From Candidatus Hadarchaeota archaeon (GTDB taxonomy: Archaea; CAYQAE01; CAYVLA01), in NCBI GenBank assembly GCA_964621445.1, contig CAZUNO010000006.1:1-21910 (forward strand): DNA of 21,910 nt, read 5' to 3'. Below the pieces are notes generated by a model that saw nothing but the letters and a program-made list of their open reading frames with translations, was not told the origin of the DNA and ran no database searches. Positions 17,258 through 21,910 of the stretch are shown piece by piece. The translations under genes were made by a program, and so were the position numbers. The first letter of the stretch is position 1. Every line of letters starts with the position of its first letter.

Positions 17258-18277
17258 TTGAAGGCCGCAGTTGTGAACAGGGACCGCGATCTTGAGGTAA
17301 GGGAAGTTGCCCAGCCCGAGATCGGGGACTATGAATGCCTGGTTGAGATAGACGCCTGTGCCATCTGCACGGGGACGGATTCAAACATAATTGCCGGGAA
17401 TTTTCCCGGTTTACCGGACCCACCCTTTATCCTAGGTCATGAGTCAACTGGAATAATCAAGATGACCGGGGATAGGGTACGTAATTTCGAGATCGGCGAC
17501 CGGGTAACTCGTGCAGCCGGTGTTCTGCCTGGAAGGCGGAGAGATGGCTTGGCCAGCGTTTGGGGAGGGTTCGCTGAAATGGGGATGGTGGTTGACACTG
17601 TAGCCGCAACCTCTGATGGGAGGAAGTATTCACTGATGGATGAAAAGAGTAAAACTCCTCTTCCTTCCTGGGTTGGGCCCGTTTGGGGTGCCCTGTCCAT
17701 CAATCAAAGGGAGATACTCTCTCTGGTGAACGAGATGGATATTGATGGCGCTTCCAGATGCGTGGTCATAGGGTCAGGCTATAATGGATTCCTTTTCTCC
17801 CTGCTTCTCAAAAACGCGGGAGCCGGGGATGTTCTGGTTGTGGGGAATGGTAACCGGAGGGAACTTGCACTGGGTACCTATAGGGCCGATGCTTTTCTGG
17901 ATTACAGGGATGAAAACACCCCTTCAGATGTCCACGGGTATCTGGGCGGGGCACCAAACCTGGTTATAGATGCCGTTGGCACCCGGGAGTCAGTTGGCTT
18001 TGCCCGCAGGATCGTTAACCAGGACACGAGCTTCGGCAAATATGGAATGCATGAATACGATCTGACCGATGGCCTGGTCTCCGATATAGCAGAGACCTGC
18101 GATATCATGGATATGACCACGGACGAGGTATCGGCCACCCAGGCCTGGCAAGAACTCTACAAGGAGGGCATATTCACCCGTGAGATGTACGATGGAACGC
18201 TTCCCCTGGACCGGATCGGGGAGGCGTTCAGGATGCTTGATGGCCGTGAGGCGGTTAAATTGGTTATTGTCATGTAG
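17258..18277 (+). CDS. Medium-chain (zinc-binding) dehydrogenase lacking the structural-zinc loop
   Basis: CAICTGTD, ILGHESTG, IGDRV, Rossmann VIGSGYNG, VIDAVG, AVKLVI. TTG start 14 nt after the AKR stop, with GGGGTGA upstream. Confidence 0.9.
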   Translation: MKAAVVNRDRDLEVREVAQPEIGDYECLVEIDACAICTGTDSNIIAGNFPGLPDPPFILGHESTGIIKMTGDRVRNFEIGDRVTRAAGVLPGRRRDGLASVWGGFAEMGMVVDTVAATSDGRKYSLMDEKSKTPLPSWVGPVWGALSINQREILSLVNEMDIDGASRCVVIGSGYNGFLFSLLLKNAGAGDVLVVGNGNRRELALGTYRADAFLDYRDENTPSDVHGYLGGAPNLVIDAVGTRESVGFARRIVNQDTSFGKYGMHEYDLTDGLVSDIAETCDIMDMTTDEVSATQAWQELYKEGIFTREMYDGTLPLDRIGEAFRMLDGREAVKLVIVM

Positions 18278-18285
18278 AACTGCGC

Positions 18286-18291
18286 TTTTTT
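18286..18291 (+). terminator. Oligo-T terminator candidate after the AKR-MDR pair
   Basis: A T6 tract starts 9 nt after the stop codon at 18277. Confidence 0.35.
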
Positions 18292-18475
18292 AGGACACGA
18301 TATTTCTTCGAGTTATAATTAAATCCATATGTAAGTAATTTGTATTACTATAAAAATAAACCAAGCCAGACGATTATTAGAGTACATTCATTACCACTGT
18401 ATATATGGTATATGAATAGCTAAATCAGAACATGTTCATAAGCTATAAGAACCTGGAAATGCCAAATTAAATCCA

Positions 18476-18966
18476 ATGCCAGAGGACTTCACGGTAGCGG
18501 ATTTAATCCCGGTGAGCATTGTTAGCGTTCTTTTCATTGCCCAGGTCCTTGTTGGTACCTATATGCTGAAGGATGTCTCCCAAAATCAGGTGCTGGCCTA
18601 TTCCGGTGTCGTTCTATACATATTTTCGGGTTTGGTCTTTGGCTGGATGCCCATGGCCGAGTTTCGAAAGAGGGGATGTGTAAAGGATGGAGAGAGCTAT
18701 ATCCAGACCAGCAAGCTGGTGGACACCGGGATCTATTCCATCGTTAGACATCCCCAGTACATGACGTTCATGATGTTCGCGATAGCCGGGTCCCTGCTCT
18801 TCCAGCATTATATTGTGGTATTATTGGGTGTACCTATAATCCCGCTGGTCTATGTGGATCTTATCAGGGCCGATAGGGATTTATTAAAAAATTTGGGGAT
18901 GAATACCGGGAATATATGAAGAGGGTTCCCAGGGCGAATTTTATTTTTGGTTTGATCAGGAGATAG
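18476..18966 (+). pseudogene. Isoprenylcysteine carboxyl methyltransferase/PEMT-like membrane methyltransferase, copy 1, requiring a -1 frameshift near 18886-18892
   Basis: LVDTGIYSIVRHPQY is in frame 0. The conserved tail KFGDEYREYMKRVPR is in the -1 frame (18889 to TAG 18964-18966). Confidence 0.8.
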
Positions 18967-18982
18967 GAAAGGGTTCATAGCA

Positions 18983-19479
18983 ATGAGGGACCCCAGGAAA
19001 AGCGATTCGGAGTATTCATGGAAAAGGGATCCCCTGTTCTGGGCATATAGCGTCCTCATGTCCCTTCCCTTAATACTCGTATTCTTCTTTTACAATCATT
19101 ACCGACTGGACTTCCTGGTTTACTCCGGGTGGCTTCTAATTGGATTCGGTCTCATTCTGATATTCCTGGCGGGTGCCGAGTTCAGAAGACATGGAGGATC
19201 GCCCCCGGGCGAGAGCATAGTTAAAACCACAAACCTGGTGGACAGCGGGATCTATGGTGTGGTGCGAAATCCCCAATGATTGGAGTGGTGTTTATATCCC
19301 AGCACTGGTCCGTGGTTTTTTGTGGGCTAACGGGGTCGATTCTGTTCTACAGGGATATCTTGAACGAGGAGCAGAATAATCTCCAGAAGTTTGGCGATGA
19401 CTATAGACGATACATGAAAAGGGTTCCCAGAAGGAACCTTTTCTTGGGAATAGTTCGAATACTAACACGGAGGAGCTAG
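18983..19479 (+). pseudogene. ICMT/PEMT-like membrane methyltransferase, copy 2, split by a short deletion at about 19276
   Basis: LVDSGIYGVVRNPQ* is followed in another frame by MIGVVFISQHW...EEQNNLQKFGDDYRRYMKRVPR. About 7 codons present in copy 1 (YMTFMMF) are absent. Confidence 0.8.
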
Positions 19480-19500
19480 GGGAGCCCGGATTTCCCGGCG

Positions 19501-20991
19501 CTATTCCTCCAGCCATTTATTGAGCTTTTCCTCGTGTTCTTGGGACCAACCCACGTAACAGTTGGCCATTATCTCCTCGTATGTGGTGGCCGGGTTCTCG
19601 TCGCTCCTGCTATACGAGGTGTCCCTGAACTCCCCGCGCTTTGCTTTTCTGCGCCACTCCTTGAAGGCCTTCTTATCGTACTCGATGCAGCGGCGGTGAA
19701 CCTCCTCATAATCGACCATCGCCCTTAGCTCCTGGTCCATGTCCTCGGCCACCTCCTCCCTGGAGTCGGCCAGATTACGGACCTCATCGGGGTCCTCATC
19801 CAGGTTGAAGAGCTGTGGCCCGTACCCGGGATATGCAATGTACTTCCAGGCCCCCTTGCGGAGCATGAACATGGTCGTGTTGCTTGCGGTACCGGTATGG
19901 AGAGCCAGTGCCTTGTTGCGGTTCTCGTCGGTCTCTCCCCGGAGGAGGGGAACGAGGGATTCACCGTCGACATTCTCAGGGGTCTCGATCTCCGTAAGTT
20001 CCGCTATGGTTGGAAAGATGTCGATCAGGGAGGTTATGTTATCCACCTCTCGTCCTGGCTTTACTTCCGGCCCGGTGACGATCAGCGGAACCCGGGAGGC
20101 CCCTTCGTAAAGGTTCATCTTGTACCAGTTACGGTGATCGGTGGCCAGCTCGCCGTGGTCGCTGCTGAATATGAAGTAGGTGTCATCCTTTAGGCCGAGA
20201 TCATGGATGGTCTTGACCAGCTCACCCACCATGGCGTCGGCTTCAGCACACATGGCGTAGTAGGCGGCCTTGAACATCCTAACCGTTTCCGGGTCAAAGC
20301 CATGCTTCCACTGTTTATTGATGCGCTGGTACTGAAAGACGGGATGTACCTCCTCATCTTCCGGCGGTATGGATATCTTGTCCATGTCGATTTTATCCAT
20401 CCAGTGAGAGGTGGTCCGGAACGCGGGGTGTACGGCCCCGGTTGCCATGTATAGGAAAAAGGGATCATCGGAGCCTTCCTGAACCTCTAAAAAGTCCTTT
20501 GCCCTGGAGACGTTATTCCAGTCTTTTTGATATGCATTCTCCTCTCCGGTCCTGATTTCCAGGTCCTGGGAGCCCCGTCCATAGACCGGTAGCCTTATGT
20601 CGGCGGGACCGGTCCAGGCGGTGACCCTGGCGAGGTGACTGTGTCCTCCAGATCTGTAGTCGCTCTTGCCAAGTCCGATATCTCGGTAGTCATCCGCTAT
20701 GAAGGTATAGCCGGCATCGTGAAGGAGATCCATGAGGGTTGTGTCCCCGGGCTCCAACCCCTTGTGGTTGTTCCAGCTCTCGCAGTGGTGGGTGTAGCGG
20801 CCGGACCACATATTGGCCCGGGACGGGCAGCAGATGGGGTGGCTGCAGTAGTTTCTACGGAAGAGAACTCCGTTTGAGGCCAGCCGGTCGATGTTTGGGG
20901 TGGCTCGTTGCATGGAGGGCTCGCCCATGCAACCAAGGGCTCTCCCATCCCAGCTTTCGGCGTGGAAGAAAACGATGTTTGGACTCGGCAT
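19501..20991 (-). CDS. Formylglycine-dependent (Cys-type) sulfatase, arylsulfatase K-like
   Basis: ATG 20991 gives MPSPNIVFFHAESWDGR. It contains TPNIDRLA, the CxPxR signature PICCPSRANMWSG, YYAMCAEADAMVG, FSSDHGE, KMNLYEGASRVPL and QLFNLDEDPDE. No signal peptide. Confidence 0.93.
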   Translation of the reverse strand: MPSPNIVFFHAESWDGRALGCMGEPSMQRATPNIDRLASNGVLFRRNYCSHPICCPSRANMWSGRYTHHCESWNNHKGLEPGDTTLMDLLHDAGYTFIADDYRDIGLGKSDYRSGGHSHLARVTAWTGPADIRLPVYGRGSQDLEIRTGEENAYQKDWNNVSRAKDFLEVQEGSDDPFFLYMATGAVHPAFRTTSHWMDKIDMDKISIPPEDEEVHPVFQYQRINKQWKHGFDPETVRMFKAAYYAMCAEADAMVGELVKTIHDLGLKDDTYFIFSSDHGELATDHRNWYKMNLYEGASRVPLIVTGPEVKPGREVDNITSLIDIFPTIAELTEIETPENVDGESLVPLLRGETDENRNKALALHTGTASNTTMFMLRKGAWKYIAYPGYGPQLFNLDEDPDEVRNLADSREEVAEDMDQELRAMVDYEEVHRRCIEYDKKAFKEWRRKAKRGEFRDTSYSRSDENPATTYEEIMANCYVGWSQEHEEKLNKWLEE

Positions 20992-21013
20992 GGGGAGAGT
21001 TGTGCCAGGGCCC

Positions 21014-21020
21014 AATATAT
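21014..21020 (-). promoter_or_regulatory. Putative TATA box (ATATATT) for the sulfatase
   Basis: 23-29 nt upstream of ATG 20991 on the minus strand. Confidence 0.4.
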
Positions 21021-21062
21021 GTGTGTCTCGATGGAGAGTACGTAGGAATTGAACTTTTTCTC

Positions 21063-21908
21063 CTATCCTTTCTCCCCGAGAAGGCGGGTTGCCTCCACCT
21101 CTCGGTAGGCCCTTTTCCGGACCATCAGCGTCCAGAGGGAGTAGCTGGCCATGAGGAATACACCGGATACTGCTAGCCATTCTGTGGCATAGACCCAGAA
21201 TAACGCCCTGTCCTTGAGGTCCAGAGACTGTTCATTAAGACTGACCATATCGGCGAGGACCTGGTCCATTATTGTCCAGGATTCTTTATATGACCCTTCA
21301 ATGTAGCTATTCTCGGACATAATCACCTGATCCGATATCTCGTCCAGGCGGCGGAGAACGGGATCGCCGTTAGCACCAAATCTCTCAATGAAGTCCAGTA
21401 TCGAGAAAACAAGGCTCTTGGCCGAGTCGTAGTCGCTGAATTTCTGCCTCAATCGGTGTACAAGGAGCACATCCTGGGGCAGTTGTCGCCCGGTGCTGAA
21501 CAGGATCTCGGCCACTATCATGTCAGGCGCGTATGGATTATAGGCGGGGCTCCAGTAGTTATGCTGGACTATCCTGTCCTGGTGGGTCCAGGTGGTTCCG
21601 TTCCCGTATCTCCAGTACATCGAATGGGGTATCCATCCGCTTCCCCCGAAGTTGGGGTCCGGGTAAGCCCCAGGATATGAATAGTCATAAGGACCGACCG
21701 AGTAGGAGGTGACGACCGCCTCCTGCCTGGGTATGGCCAGGTTTGTGCCATATACGGGAAATGAGCACTCGCACCCGGCGAGATTCTTGTATGGCTTGAG
21801 GACCGGGGGAATTTGGGGATTGGTGTTGATGACCACCCTCATCGGCAGTCCGTGGAGTCGATAATCCATGGCCACTACTGCATCCGCATCGTTGGGATAG
21901 GCCTCCGA
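21063..21908 (-). CDS. Uncharacterised type-I membrane protein with GATase1-like domain, paralog 3 of 3 (5'-truncated by the window edge)
   Basis: The frame is open to the window end (SEAYPNDADAVVAMDY...). It contains YWRYGNG, YNPYAPD, LDFIERFGANG and ALFWVYATEWL...LWTLMVRKRAYREV. Confidence 0.88.
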   Translation of the reverse strand, partial: SEAYPNDADAVVAMDYRLHGLPMRVVINTNPQIPPVLKPYKNLAGCECSFPVYGTNLAIPRQEAVVTSYSVGPYDYSYPGAYPDPNFGGSGWIPHSMYWRYGNGTTWTHQDRIVQHNYWSPAYNPYAPDMIVAEILFSTGRQLPQDVLLVHRLRQKFSDYDSAKSLVFSILDFIERFGANGDPVLRRLDEISDQVIMSENSYIEGSYKESWTIMDQVLADMVSLNEQSLDLKDRALFWVYATEWLAVSGVFLMASYSLWTLMVRKRAYREVEATRLLGEKG

Positions 21909-21910
21909 GA

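Noticed and set aside
20992-21180. N-terminal 63 aa of the 559-aa sulfatase ORF in the track
   Set aside because: It overlaps paralog 3 in another frame. The sulfatase fold starts at MPSPNIVF (ATG 20991), which has its own TATA-like box.
283-21908. Paralog tails as DNA repeats, CRISPR units or a diversity-generating retroelement template/variable pair
   Set aside because: Similarity is at the protein level with many synonymous differences. There is no regular spacing, no adenine-specific mismatch pattern and no reverse transcriptase in the window.

Overview
This 21.9 kb window is gene-dense and most likely archaeal. The evidence is TATA-like boxes about 25-30 nt upstream of start codons with little or no Shine-Dalgarno signal, oligo-T terminators, and archaeal-type KptA and ThpR. 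It holds about 19 coding regions in a patchwork of orientations; I saw no rRNA, tRNA, CRISPR array or transposase. Main contents: (1) Three dispersed paralogs (283-1572, 14917-16128, 21063->21910) of an uncharacterised type-I membrane protein family. They have a signal peptide, a GATase1-like domain, a helical stalk, and a highly conserved transmembrane helix plus cytoplasmic tail. (2) Other surface proteins with C-terminal anchors, including a roughly 20-coil Asn-rich beta-helix glycoprotein. (3) Catabolic enzymes: a Dat-like class III aminotransferase, an FAD oxidoreductase, an aldo-keto reductase plus MDR dehydrogenase pair, and a sulfatase that closely resembles animal arylsulfatase K. (4) RNA-end-processing genes kptA and thpR near an ABC_ATPase (COG3044-like) gene. 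(5) An M50-like protease, a DUF998 protein and a chagasin-type inhibitor. (6) Two tandem ICMT/PEMT-like methyltransferase genes, both interrupted, one at an in-frame A-AAA-AAT slippery heptamer. All family assignments come from motif recognition by eye, not from database searches.
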